Below are positions 21,201 through 28,150 of a stretch of DNA of 64,000 bases, piece after piece (position 1 is the first letter of the stretch; the number at the start of each line of letters is the position of its first letter). The notes below the pieces were generated by a model, which saw nothing but the letters and a program-made list of their open reading frames with translations, did no database searches and was not told the DNA's origin. The stretch is from an uncultured Acidiferrobacterales bacterium. Lineage in GTDB: Bacteria; Pseudomonadota; Gammaproteobacteria; Acidiferrobacterales; UBA6901. The stretch lies in NCBI GenBank assembly GCA_964368085.1, contig CAYJBG010000001.1, positions 23,135-87,134 on the forward strand. Reading direction: 5' to 3'. The position numbers and the translations under genes were made by a program.

Positions 21201-24200
21201 ATGGCCCGGGCCGCCGTTGAGAACGCGGTCCCGGGTTTGCAGCAGTCCGAAGGCATAGAGCTGTGCGATGTCGAGTGGGGGCAGCCGGTCGAAGTCGGAC
21301 AAATCTCCATCGCGCTGTCGAGCCAACGCGACGGAAGTGTGGCGTTCGAGATCTTCAGCGGGGAACAGGAGGAAGTCGTTCATTGCCAAGGCGCTGTCGC
21401 GCTGCGCGGTGAGGTTGCGCCGAGTACGTTGGATCTTGCACTTCTACAAGGCCGGATCCGGAAAGGGGGCCAGACCCCGGAGAATCTGTACGATGCCTTC
21501 GCGAAGTCCGGTGTCAGGTACGGCGTCGTGCAGCGGGCTATTCACGAAATCCATACAGGCGACGACGAACTGCTCGTCCGCTTGGTGTCGCCTGCGGCGA
21601 TGGATGGCTCCCTCGGCGATTACCGGATTCATCCCAGCCTGATGGACAGCGCGATACAAGCCGGTATCGTCCTCCTCGGTGATCCCGCAGCGCGATCCGC
21701 CAAGCCGCTCTCTCCAGCGACGATCAATTCGGTGAACGTCGTATCGGCGTGTGCCGAAGAGGTGTTCGCCTGGGTCCGTCGTAGCGCAGCCGATCGTCGG
21801 AAGGCGGACATCGACCTTTGCGATCGGCACGGAAATGTATGCGTGCAGGTCAGGGGGCTGGCACTGCAGGCGCTGACGGTCGTAACGCCTCGCCCCGCGG
21901 ATACGGAAGTCGCGCCAGCGCGCGCGCAGCCGGCGCCACCCGTCTTCCAGCAGACGCAAGCCGCCGTTCGCCCGGCGACCACCGACGCCCGGCCGTCAAT
22001 CTCGCAAGAGCAGCTGCAGCAGCAGCTCAAGGCCAGTCTGGCCGAGGCGCTGTTCATGAAGCCCTTCGACGTGGACGTGAACAAATCCTTCACAGAACTC
22101 GGTCTGGATTCGATCATCGGCGTCGAGTGGGTCAAGACCATCAACAAGCAGTACGGCACCGGCATCTCAGCCACCCGGGTCTATGACTATCCCAGCGTGA
22201 AGGAGCTTGCCGCGTATCTGCAAGTCGAAATCGGCGGTGCAGTGTCTGGTTCCCTGGCCACCGTCGCCGTCAGCGCGGTCGCGCCGATCGATGCGCCGGA
22301 AGCGCGTCCCGCCGCGGAACCGGCGATCTCCCGCGAGGCCCTGCAGCTGCAGCTGAAGGCGAGTCTGGCCGATGCGCTGTTCATGAAACCTTCCGATGTC
22401 GACGTGAATAAGTCCTTCACCGAGCTGGGGCTCGATTCGATCATCGGCGTCGAGTGGGTCAAGACCCTCAACAAGCAGTACTGCACCAACATCTCCGCGA
22501 CCCGAGTCTACGACTATCCCAGCATCAAGGAGCTGGCGTCGTTCCTGATCGGAGAGATGGCCGCAATCAAGCTGCCGCAAAGCCCTGCATCGGCCCCGCT
22601 CGCAACCGTCATCGCGCAAAGCGATAAGCCGAGTCCGCGCGCGGAGACGGCGGTGCAGGGCGTTTCTCCGCCCCCGCGGGCGAAAGCGGCATTCGCCGGA
22701 AGAACCACCAGGTTCTCGAGACTCGAACGCATCCGCTTCGAGCCCAAGTACGCCAGGAACTTCAAAGATCTGTATTTCTATAGCCCTTATTGCCACGGCG
22801 ATTTCGAGGCAGAAGGCGAGTTTTCGGTTCAATGCGCTATCAACCCGGAAACCAACGTCAGTTTGAAGGAACACGTCGTCTTCGATGAGCATCTGTTGCC
22901 GACGGATGCGTACATCGAGCTGGTCTATTCCGCGTACAGAACCTATTTCTCCGCCGAAAACGTCTGCCTGAAGAATATCGCCATCGTCAATCCTATCTTG
23001 GGCGAGAAAGGCAGGGACAACCACATCAGGGTCGTGTTCCGTCGGGCCGGCGACGATCTCCAGTTCTTCGTCAAGTCCAGCCTTTCGCCCGATTTCCTGA
23101 ACGACAAGCTGCACATGCAGGGATTCGTCTCCATCGCGGATAAATCCCCTGCGACCAGGTTCGACGACGGATTCGCGATCGAAAATGAACTCGGCAGCGC
23201 GGAGATACCGACGAATACGGGGACGTACTATGCGCCTCTGCAGGCACTGCGATTCGGCGAGTCTTCGGCGGTCGGTCTTATCAGCGTACCGGGCCACGAT
23301 TTCAAATTCCTGGCGAGCCCGTTTGTGTTGTACGGAGGGCTGTGCACCGTCATCAACTACGGTGCCTATCTGGCAGGAAGGCATCATGGGATCAGCGACG
23401 ATCAATTCCTCCCGCATAGGATCGGCAATATCGCGGTCCTGGGTTCCCTGAACGAATCCGATTACCGCTGCTACGCCGAAGTCAGGAAGCTGGAAAGGGA
23501 TTCAGTGGAGTTCTATTTCGAAATCGTCGACCGGGCGGGCAAGCCAATGCTAGTTGTCGACTCGATCAGTTTGCGCCGGGTCGCGAGAAAGACCATCCAG
23601 CAGCAAGCGGCGGCCGCGAAGACGCTCCCGGTGATCGATAAGAAGGATCCTTCGATCGAGGCGGGCGCGGCGGCCGAAAAGATTGCCATCATCGGCATGT
23701 CCTGCCGTTATCCGATGAGCGAGAACGTCGACACGTTCTGGGAGAACCTCAAAGCGGGCAAGGATTGCGTGATCGAAGTACCCGCCGACCGCTGGGGTGC
23801 CTATTCCGACTGGTATCACCCTGATCCGCGCCACCCGCACACCTCGTATTCCAAGTGGAGCGGATTCCTGGACAGCATCGACACCTTCGACGCCCTGTTC
23901 TTCGGCATCTCGCCTGCGGAGGCGGAACTCATTGATCCGCAGCAGCGCATTTTTTTGGAGGAATGCTGGAAGACCATCGAGAGCGCTGGTTACGCGCCGA
24001 GCACGCTGTCTAACAGCCCTTGTGGTGTATATGTGGGCTGCTCTATGAGCGATTACGGCAGGGTGCTGGCCACCGATGGCCAGGACACCGCCGGTGCCGC
24101 CTTCATGGGTACGTCCAGCGCGATCCTGGCCGCGCGGATTTCCTATTACCTGAACCTCAAGGGCCCGGCCTTGGCGCTGGATACTGCGTGCTCGTCGTCC

Positions 24201-26462
24201 CTGGTCGCGGTGCATCTGGCGTGTGAGAGCATACGCAGCGGTGAGAACCAGCTGGCGCTGGCAGGCGGCATCAACCTGCTGGCCACGCCATTCGGCCACA
24301 TCCTCACCTCGCAGGTTGGCATGCTGTCGCGCGATGGTCGCTGTGCGGCGTTCGACGCCACGGCGAATGGCATCGTGTTCTCCGAAGGCTGCGGCGTGCT
24401 GTTGCTCAAGGCCCTGTCCGCCGCCAAGCGCGACAACGACAATATCCTCGGTGTGATCCAGGGATCTGGCAGCAACCAGGATGGCAAGACCAACGGCATC
24501 ACCGCGCCCAGCTCGAAAGCGCAGGAACAGCTGTTGCAGCAGGTGTATACCAAGTTCGGCATCGATACTAAGCGGATCAGCTATGTCGAAGCGCACGGCA
24601 CGGCAACGCCGCTGGGCGATCCTATCGAGTTCAACGCGCTGACCTCGGTGTTTGGCAAAGCCACGACCGACAGGAAACACTGCACGTTGGGCTCGGTGAA
24701 GAGCAATATCGGCCATACCGGCTTTGCCGCTGGCGTCGCCGGGGTTGTCAAGGTTCTGCTGTGTATCAAACACAGGAAGCTCGTACCTTCTATCCATTAC
24801 AGCCAGCCCAATCCCCATATCGAGTTCGAGAAGTCGCCGTTCTACGTCAACACCGAGTACCGCGACTGGGAGAGCGAGCAGCCGCGTCTGGCGGCTGTCA
24901 GCGCGTTTGGCTTTAGTGGCACCAACGCCCATGTCGTGATCGAGGAGCATGTGCCGTCGTCCGAGCCCGTGCAGACCGGCGCCGCGCCCGACGGCAAGGT
25001 GCTCGTGCCCTTGTCGGCGAAGGCCGCAGAGCAACTGCAGCAGAAGGTCCGCGATCTTCTGGACTTCATCGGCAACCAGGAGCAGCCGGTGGACCTCGCC
25101 AGGTTGGCGTACACCCTGCAGGTCGGCCGAGACGCCATGGATCATCGCCTCGGTTTGATCGTCGGCTCGGTCGACCAGTTGGCCGAAAAGCTCCAGGCGT
25201 GGCTCGACGCCAAGGTGCATATCGAAGACGTCTATCGCGGCCAGCCGTCGCATGGCGACGACACGCTAGCCGCGTTCGCTGGCGATGCGGAGATGCGCAA
25301 CGTCATCGAGCGCTGGATCGCGCGCAAGGACCTGCCGAAGGTCGTGGATCTATGGGTCAGAGGCTTCGATCTGGACTGGAACAAGCTGCACGAGGGCACC
25401 AAACTGCGGCGTATGATCCTGCCGACCTATCCATTCGCCAGGGAGCGTTGCTGGGTAGATGGGGCCACGTCGCGCAAGCCCATCGCGACGGGCAACGCGG
25501 CCGCGTTGCTGCATCCGCTGCTGCATCGCAATACGTCCGATCTGAGCCAACAGAGCTACACCAGTACGTTCGGCGGCGACGAGTTCTTCCTCGCCGATCA
25601 CCGGGTCAACGGGCAGCCGGTGCTGCCGGCCGTCGCCTACCTGGAGATGGCGCGCGCCGCGCTGATGGATGCGATGCCCGCGGAGAAGGCATCGCTCCAT
25701 CTCGAGCTGCGCCACGTCGTCTGGGCGCAGCCGATCGTCGTTACCGACAAGAAGAGCGTCACGATCGCCGTCTTCTCTGAGAACGAAGAACAAGTCGATT
25801 TCGAGGTTTATAGTCCAGGTGTCGACGGTACCGACGAAGTTCTGCATTGCCAGGGTAGCTGCGTATTCGGCGGCCAGCCCGCAGCACCCAAGCTCGATCT
25901 TGGCAGACTCCGCACGCAAATGTCGCGGGGCAGCCTGGAGGGAGCTGTTCTCTACCCGACATTCGCGACGATGGGTCTCAATTATGGACCGGCCTTCCGG
26001 GGACTCGTCGCGATCCACCAGGGCGAGAACCAGTTGCTGGTCGAACTCAGCCTGCCCGACGCTGCGCGCAAGCGCGGCGGGAATTACGTCTTGCACCCGA
26101 GTCTGATGGACAGCGCGCTTCAAGGTTCCATCACCTTGATCGACGACGTCGTCAGGGCCTCGGGCAAGTTGTCGCTTCCTTTTGCCCTGGAATCCCTGCG
26201 CATCGTCTCGCTCTGCTCGGATCGGATGGTCGCATGGGTCCGGTATTCGCAAGGCGCGCCAGGCGCATCGTCCAATCTCATCAAAGTCGACATTGATCTC
26301 TGCGATCCGGACGGCAACGTCTGCGTGCAGATGCAAGGTTTTTCGTCGAGGCCCATGGAAAACGTCGCTTCCTTCGATGAAGCATATTACCAATCCATCA
26401 TCGCCGGCATACTCAGCAACGAGATCTCCGTCGATGAAGCCGTGGAATTAGGGAACCTATGA
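9219..26462 (+). CDS. Trans-AT polyketide synthase 1 (5747 aa): KS-DH-KR-ACP / KS-DH*-ECHx3-ACP / KS-DH*-ACP-ACP-X / KS-DH
   Basis: Uninterrupted 17.2-kb ORF. It has four KS domains with C-H-H motifs, each followed by a flanking subdomain ending LPTY(P/V)FxxxR(Y/F)W. No GHSxG AT domain is present. The C-terminal helical tail FDEAYYQSIIAGILSNEISVDEAVELGNL looks like a docking element. The stop overlaps the next start (ATGA at 26459-26462). Confidence 0.97.
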   Translation: MNIKDNDIAVIGMSGKFPGANSVSEFWENICAKRESIRLLSDEELRNAEVPEKDIADSSYVKASALLDDVAMFDPGFFKISPLEAELMDPQIRLLLQCAWETLEDAGHAKKEAQNIGVFAGAGGVATSYFSNFVNVNGHFEKITASPTHLGNDKDFLATYISYKLNLTGPSMTVQTACSTSLVALHQARLSLLSGECDMALAGGVTVRVPHGHGYHYKEGYIFSKSGRVKTFDEGADGVVFGSGLGLVLIKKLSDAIQDGDNVYAVIKGSAIANDGKGKMSYAASSAKGQIACVRAALKNAGVEAGSIGLVEAHGTGTSMGDPEEVKALSTAFKEQTSKKTYCALGAVKTNVGHLEAAAGIVGFIKAVLAVKHGLIPPTVHYAKSNPRIKFENTPFYVNGKLQKWSEGKRPRRAAVNSLGVGGTNAFVILEEYVSAETSLKKALPTPVVVPLSAKSESSLRAYAKRLADFLVACSEKKDAINIEDVAYTLQVGRETMDCRVAFVLSSVDELKAALDRYLQGAEVCSAQGEASGLATSWVNNGDVDWTNLYADTKPRRISLPTYVFARERYWIETGGVVPSRAVIHPLLHTNISDLNEQKYSSSFTGNEFFLKDHQVHTKQRAGSGSQLQKILPGAAYLEMARVAIEQAAPIHYDARVPEFRDIVWLQPIAVSGGKQVNIALVARDRDGQQRIDFEVYTRNDHIHFQGRCVFASESARDRLDPARLKDSMARDQWSADSVYAAFAKMGLDYGPAHRAIIAIDRGERELLAQLKLPLTVEASQPDYVLHPSLIDGALQAATALLFDLNNVPSHPIVPFAIESLRVIAPCAKEMLAWVRYSQGAQPSDKSAKLDVDLLDKEGNVGVQIRGFVPRSLGQETLGSLLATQVWQPSNPAATQATYTERHVVLCDLPHVDASKIARDCSLLQIEKGKNIAERYSDLALACFEKVQALVKRKPQSETFVQVVIPNTDENAAYAGLSGLFKTVRLENPQIAGQLVFVDVGVGTDELMNLLHAECSHPHDTLIKYEQGVRHISSWQFLKEDDADTFDGNNPYKDQGVYLITGGLGGLGVVFAKEILARTSNAKIVLSGRAPPSEVRKSASKKAVLESLQAGGATVEYRQLDLDDPNKVKNLIAAIQKKYKQLNGIIHSAGMTSDGFILKKTAADVGRVLAPKVLGTFHLDQATQDVDLDFLVLFSSLTSAVGNLGQADYAAANGFMDEFAAYRNRLANAGKRRGFTLSIRWPLWQDGGMQPDAAGREMLQETTGICPMQTSVGIRMFYRSLASRYDQTLVMEGDLHLMQRTLGVGAAIHAATPAVDVPKLEFSSETEGEDRGGRSLTELTEAYLCKQLSASLKLPAHKVDPRAPLEDYGIDSILALGLTSSLEKTFGSLPKTLFFEYLTVRELAGYFVKAHVARLSKLFSVSESGSGQESMQVSAQALAPAQQESISSVRFGSRRFIDEGGQPVSREVAPSTNDPIAIIGLSGRYPEARNLKDFWRNLREGKDCIVEVPKGRWDWRDYYSEDRSEKGRHYSKWGGFIEGVDEFDARFFNISPVEAETIDPQERLFLQHAWMAIEDAGYTRAALQIPKESDLAGQVGVYAGVMYGEYQLFGAEVSLQGNRVGFASNLASIANRVSYVMNLHGPSMVVDTMCSSSLTAIHLACQDLKLGRTSLGIAGGVNVTIHPNKYLMLSAGQFISSDGHCQSFGEGGEGYIPGEGVGVVVLKRRSEAERDGNHIYGIIRGSALSHGGKTNGYTVPNPQAQARAIRLALAEAGIDPRHISYVEAHGTGTKLGDPIEIAALSKVFQESTQDTGFCLIGSAKSNIGHCEAAAGIAGLTKVLLQLKHKHIVPSLHSARLNPHIDFDSTPFIVNQALRPWEQPVVDGKRLPRIAGISSFGAGGANAHLIVEEYPQPVVAVCPQADVEYIFPLSARTAEQLREKARDLLDFIRGEEPPLPLASIAYTLEVGREAMDERLAVLADSVATLADRLQAYLDGHTTTDDVYQGQVKANKDTLSLLTKDPDLHATIGKWIADRKLSKLADLWVKGLELDWRKFHVATPALISLPTYPFAKQRFWIDAAVAARRAPQALSAALHPLLHSNTSDFSQQSYAATFGADEFFLTGAPGRRCLTEAAYLEMARAAIDASMPARKQSSILELRDVAWAQPGVIVDNRPVMIALFDKLGEQVTFEIYSAGGVDGAGDIVHCQGRAARSDQPAGARLDIAAIAVQEGRALIELRLPTGMENGQDDYVLHPALMQSALQAAGLTSSLSQPFAMASLRVVFPSTKAKFAWVRHSASAERAIDIDLCDEHGHVCVQMRGLHYGVSATHAAEAPAERASIEEPKSVAITDSGSAKRTAQPTRVRFDTSSSIISDAPILEKLNHSIALKAPGASLAIVAEHAKASRIRFAAPQAAFSDCSILGKPNGSILLMAPDASPEVEAERGASAKPRVLLSPPIAGMETPEQSRAASSVGLFDYGNGVFAIRIGAAVSRNTLSADLIENVLRAMRTVEDASSAKVLTIEGSDEHFLAGGLEQHRDAVASKLYSAIAEFPYPVIAVVRNDAVGAGFLAAAVSDFMVCSDSARYAFALPEEGLYPSAAEDILIERFGRAHATDFLYMTTGATGAELKAKGWTCPIMPRDQVAAYAQDLAANLAKKSQISLRLLKQHLARHIASAVKALPTVDGAPFAADAAKPGTIKAPSVRLQLDAHGERALVVRIRAQADGSNAKDLLADLEAVFAKIDDASPYRCVVLASELVQFLPDVAEDARADVAQGFRKALLALDRPIVAALNGDATGIAWYVVQFCDACVYSEQGRYSGADILRDPALAGDAAAVFSLRFDDEAAKQILLVGAEASGVELRADYGALHVLGADQVFAGALELADALAAFPTPVLSAWKQRTASFLTADTASLGDESMRAEEGAGDTADAAVGAPVAVALESTVISAIAHPEGVLEVHMADRDAKNMFSDAFSRGMREVFAHVEENRAYKVVVITGYDNYFSSGGTQDTLLAIHEGKARFTDNKVFQLPLTCTVPVIAAMQGHGVGAGWAMGMYADFALFSDESRYLSPYMGYGFTPGAGSTLMFPEKTGYDLARETLLTAQEYSGGELKDRGLRNPVLPRERVLPAAMALARRIAQGSRGRLVVLKRRWAHVLQASLQDTFDRELAMHERTFVGQADTLARIQGGFGAEAAAQTVAPQQPASLPAREEDLCAITASLKQMLAHELRMQEHEIGEGEQFVDLGLDSITGVTWIRRINQKYGTSIEAIKVYSYPTLTQLSRYVREEAEKAGAVFIAPQVHTPVVPIEVPAARPVVTSLASWRDRSRSKAVAGTASAAGPIAVIGMAGQFAKARDLEEFWQNIAQGKDCIEEIPKHRWDIDLYYQEGEVVPGKTYSKWMGFLEEYDLFDAAFFNISPREARSMDPQQRLFLQACWHSIEHAGYNPKSLSGSKCGVFVGCSAGDYHQLSKREQLSGQGFTGAAPSILAARISYFLDLHGPSLSIDSACSSSLVVIASACDSLVSGASDIALAGGVNVMCGPAMQIMTAQVGMLSPQGRCFTFDERANGIANGEGVGVVMLKRLADAERDRDWIYGVVEGWGVNQDGKTNGITAPNADSQTRLQQEVYDKFRIDPAGIQLIEAHGTGTALGDPIEVAGLKASFGKYTRNKDYCALGSVKSNIGHCLTAAGVSGFLKILLALKHEQLPPTIHFSKLNKHISLQDSPFYVNDRLREWKHNGTEPRRAAINAFGFSGTNAHAVIAEYRSQQDIAAPRGPAIVPLSARTPEQLKHKGRDLLAFIRAQSASTLYLDRIAYTLQVGREAMNERAAFIAGTVAELESKLEAFVESEDTDGGPQAAHVYRGQVSSNKDTLLALSSDTDFQTMIAKWISRKELPRLADLWAKGLALDWNAFHAAGDAPRRIGLPVYPFAKERYWIDAASDERIVLTGHANAAIHPLLHANTSDLSRQKYSTTLNGDEFFLIDCDIPGGGTKRVLPASACLEMARAAVENAVPGLQQSEGIELCDVEWGQPVEVGQISIALSSQRDGSVAFEIFSGEQEEVVHCQGAVALRGEVAPSTLDLALLQGRIRKGGQTPENLYDAFAKSGVRYGVVQRAIHEIHTGDDELLVRLVSPAAMDGSLGDYRIHPSLMDSAIQAGIVLLGDPAARSAKPLSPATINSVNVVSACAEEVFAWVRRSAADRRKADIDLCDRHGNVCVQVRGLALQALTVVTPRPADTEVAPARAQPAPPVFQQTQAAVRPATTDARPSISQEQLQQQLKASLAEALFMKPFDVDVNKSFTELGLDSIIGVEWVKTINKQYGTGISATRVYDYPSVKELAAYLQVEIGGAVSGSLATVAVSAVAPIDAPEARPAAEPAISREALQLQLKASLADALFMKPSDVDVNKSFTELGLDSIIGVEWVKTLNKQYCTNISATRVYDYPSIKELASFLIGEMAAIKLPQSPASAPLATVIAQSDKPSPRAETAVQGVSPPPRAKAAFAGRTTRFSRLERIRFEPKYARNFKDLYFYSPYCHGDFEAEGEFSVQCAINPETNVSLKEHVVFDEHLLPTDAYIELVYSAYRTYFSAENVCLKNIAIVNPILGEKGRDNHIRVVFRRAGDDLQFFVKSSLSPDFLNDKLHMQGFVSIADKSPATRFDDGFAIENELGSAEIPTNTGTYYAPLQALRFGESSAVGLISVPGHDFKFLASPFVLYGGLCTVINYGAYLAGRHHGISDDQFLPHRIGNIAVLGSLNESDYRCYAEVRKLERDSVEFYFEIVDRAGKPMLVVDSISLRRVARKTIQQQAAAAKTLPVIDKKDPSIEAGAAAEKIAIIGMSCRYPMSENVDTFWENLKAGKDCVIEVPADRWGAYSDWYHPDPRHPHTSYSKWSGFLDSIDTFDALFFGISPAEAELIDPQQRIFLEECWKTIESAGYAPSTLSNSPCGVYVGCSMSDYGRVLATDGQDTAGAAFMGTSSAILAARISYYLNLKGPALALDTACSSSLVAVHLACESIRSGENQLALAGGINLLATPFGHILTSQVGMLSRDGRCAAFDATANGIVFSEGCGVLLLKALSAAKRDNDNILGVIQGSGSNQDGKTNGITAPSSKAQEQLLQQVYTKFGIDTKRISYVEAHGTATPLGDPIEFNALTSVFGKATTDRKHCTLGSVKSNIGHTGFAAGVAGVVKVLLCIKHRKLVPSIHYSQPNPHIEFEKSPFYVNTEYRDWESEQPRLAAVSAFGFSGTNAHVVIEEHVPSSEPVQTGAAPDGKVLVPLSAKAAEQLQQKVRDLLDFIGNQEQPVDLARLAYTLQVGRDAMDHRLGLIVGSVDQLAEKLQAWLDAKVHIEDVYRGQPSHGDDTLAAFAGDAEMRNVIERWIARKDLPKVVDLWVRGFDLDWNKLHEGTKLRRMILPTYPFARERCWVDGATSRKPIATGNAAALLHPLLHRNTSDLSQQSYTSTFGGDEFFLADHRVNGQPVLPAVAYLEMARAALMDAMPAEKASLHLELRHVVWAQPIVVTDKKSVTIAVFSENEEQVDFEVYSPGVDGTDEVLHCQGSCVFGGQPAAPKLDLGRLRTQMSRGSLEGAVLYPTFATMGLNYGPAFRGLVAIHQGENQLLVELSLPDAARKRGGNYVLHPSLMDSALQGSITLIDDVVRASGKLSLPFALESLRIVSLCSDRMVAWVRYSQGAPGASSNLIKVDIDLCDPDGNVCVQMQGFSSRPMENVASFDEAYYQSIIAGILSNEISVDEAVELGNL
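9228..13470 (+). other. PKS module 1: KS1-DH1-KR1-ACP1
   Basis: KS1 ~9228-10520 (TACSTS, Cys codon 9750; EAHGTGT; NVGHLE). DH1 ~10960-11840 (HPLL at 10971; LKDHQV...LPGAAYLEM; HPSLIDGALQ). KR1 ~11850-13130 (GVYLITGGLGGLG at ~12384; HSAGMTSD). ACP1 ~13225-13470 (GIDSIL, Ser codon 13332). Confidence 0.85.
16296..16556 (+). repeat. Degenerate 43/44-codon tandem repeat in the DH*2-ECH linker
   Basis: RVRFDTSSSIISDAPILEKLNHSIALKAPGASLAIVAEHAKAS is followed by RIRFAAPQAAFSDCSILGKPNGSILLMAPDASPEVEAERGASAK. Shared positions are R.RF......SD..IL.K.N.SI.L.AP.AS. A third partial start, PRVLL, follows. Confidence 0.7.
16620..18770 (+). other. In-line triple crotonase-fold array 1 (ECHa 16620-17250, ECHb 17315-17925, ECHc 18015-18770)
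   Basis: ECHa: GVFAIRIG...VLTIEGSDEHFLAGG...PVIAVVRNDAVGAGF. ECHb has the same fold pattern (ALVVRI...RCVVLAS...PIVAALNGDATGIAW) but lacks both glycine oxyanion motifs. ECHc: VVVITGYDNYFSSGGT...AAMQGHGVGAGW...ELAMHERTF. By eye ECHc shares roughly half its positions with the discrete ECH2 at 59234-59983. Confidence 0.8.
21999..22550 (+). repeat. Tandem ACP-coding direct repeat (period 327 nt)
   Basis: ISQEQLQQQLKASLAEALFMKPFDVDVNKSFTELGLDSIIGVEWVKTINKQYG... recurs as ISREALQLQLKASLADALFMKPSDVDVNKSFTELGLDSIIGVEWVKTLNKQYC.... The nucleotide copies are mostly identical, including the run ggattcgatcatcggcgtcgagtgggtcaagacc. Confidence 0.9.
22710..23590 (+). other. Orphan DH-like double-hotdog domain (X) between tandem ACPs and KS4
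   Basis: SLKEHVVFDEHLLPTDAYIELVYSAY mimics the DH HxxxGxxxxP/AYLEM region (His codon 22872, Gly replaced by Asp). The second half, FKFLASPFVLYGGLCTV, aligns with HPxLLDxxLQ but lacks both His and Asp. About 290 aa, flanked by Ala/Pro-rich linkers. Confidence 0.6.
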
Positions 26463-28150
26463 AGCAAAAGTTGACGAAAATCTATAGCGAGCTGTCGGCC
26501 GGAAAGCTTTCGCAGCAGGAGGCTTTGGAGAGAATCAAAGCGCTGAAACTGCCGGAACCGAACAAGCCGATCGGGACTCTATTGGCTACTCCGGTGTGGG
26601 AGCCCTCCGCGCCGCCGGCATCGCCGAAGGACGCGGCGACTACGTGGACACAACATCACATCATCGTCTGCGATTTGCCGCAAATCGCGATGGCAGAGCT
26701 CGAGTCGCTGATCCCTAAGAGCCGCTGCGCAACCGTGCAGACGGCGCAGTCGGGCAAAGTTTCGGAAGCGTATGCCGGCGTTGCGCTCGCATGCTTCGAA
26801 ACGATACGGCGCATCCTCAAGGGAAAGTCTCAAGGCCATTCGTTTGTGCAGCTGGTGGTCGCTGAGCGCGATGATACGCAGATGTTCGCCGGTCTATCCG
26901 GCCTGGTCGAAACCGCGACGTTGGAAAATCCCGGTGTCATGGGGCAGATCGTCTTCGTTCGATCCGATATCCAGTGCGTCGATCTCGCACGATGCTTACA
27001 GATAGAACGCAACAACCCGCGGGATCGCGTCGTCCGATACACCGGGGATGAGCGGCAGTCGCGGCGCTGGCGGCTCATCCATGAGGTCTCGATCCTCACC
27101 GAGGAGCGATGCGCGTTCAAGGAGCACGGCATCTACCTGATTACCGGTGGTCTCGGCGGCCTGGGCATCCTGCTGGCGAAGGAGATTCTACACAGGACGT
27201 CGGGCGCGAAGATCGTCCTGTCCGGGCGCGCCGCCGCTGCCGACGCGAAGCTCGCTGCCTTAGAATCCCTGCAAAAGACCGGTCGTGTCGAATACCGCCA
27301 GGTCGATGTCACCGGCACCGGGGAGGTCGAACGCCTGCTGTCCTCGATCGCGAAGGAATATGGGCAGCTCAACGGCATCGTCCACAGCGCCGGCATCGTG
27401 CGCGACGCCTTCATCCTGAAGAAGAGTTCCGCGCAGTTCCGCGATGTGCTGCAGCCGAAGGTCGCGGGCACTGAGCACCTGGACCTCGCCAGCCAGGCGA
27501 TGGAACTGGACTTTTTCGTGCTGTTTTCGTCGATCGCCTCGTGGGCCGGTAACGTCGGTCAGGCCGATTACGCGGCTGCGAACGGTTTCATGGAGCAGTT
27601 CGCGGGCTATCGCAACGCCTTGGTGGCCGCTGGTCAACGCATGGGTAAGACGCTCGCCATCGCCTGGCCGCATTGGCTGGAAGGTGGGATGAACATCGAC
27701 GCCACGGGCATGGCCCTGCTGGAAAAGCGCACGGGGCTGCGCTCGCTGAAGACCACCGAGGGCATGCAGGCGCTGCATCACTGTTTGGCGCTGCCGCAGA
27801 GCCATGTCATGGTGATGCGCGGCGATACGGCCGACATGCGCCGTGCGCTCGAGGCCCAGCGCACGGCCCGGCCGGAAACGTCGCCCGTCGCGAAACACGG
27901 CGCCGGAGCCGATGCGACGGGTACCGGCGATCTGTTCGGGAAGACGCGCGCATTCCTGCGCAAGGAATTCTCCGCCGTCCTGAAGATTCCCGTCCACAAG
28001 ATCGAGACCCGCGCTCCGCTGGAGAACTACGGTATCGATTCGATCCTGGCGATGAATCTGACGGGCCAGCTGGAGGCTACGTTTGGCGCGCTGGCGAAGA
28101 CCCTGTTCTTCGAGTACCAGACCATCGACGAGCTCGCGGATTATTTCGTG
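23675..28150 (+). other. PKS module 4 (split across PKS1/PKS2): KS4-DH4 | KR4-ACP4
   Basis: KS4 ~23675-24950 (TACSSS, Cys 24189; EAHGTAT variant; NIGHTG). DH4 ~25505-26355 (LADHRVNGQPVLPAVAYLEM; HPSLMDSALQ). Protein break at 26459-26462. KR4 ~26570-27870 (GIYLITGGLGGLG at ~27127). ACP4 ~27930-28150 (GIDSILAMNL). Confidence 0.85.

Larger units (their letters stand above)
19215..23590 (+). other. PKS module 3 (beta-branching): KS3-DH*3-ACP3a-ACP3b-X(double-hotdog-like)
   Basis: KS3 ~19215-20486 (SACSSS, Cys 19729; GWGVNQDGKTNGITAPN). DH*3 ~21050-21870 (FFLIDCDIPGGG, with Cys codon 21144 where His is expected; HPSLMDSAIQ retains Asp). ACP3a 21999-22225 and ACP3b 22326-22550, both with GLDSIIGVEW. 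X domain ~22710-23590. Confidence 0.8.

Noticed and set aside
21999-22550. Regularly spaced direct repeats that could suggest a CRISPR-like or satellite array
   Set aside because: The repeats have 327-nt and 339-nt periods, are in frame, and encode duplicated ACP domains. They have no short repeat/spacer organisation.
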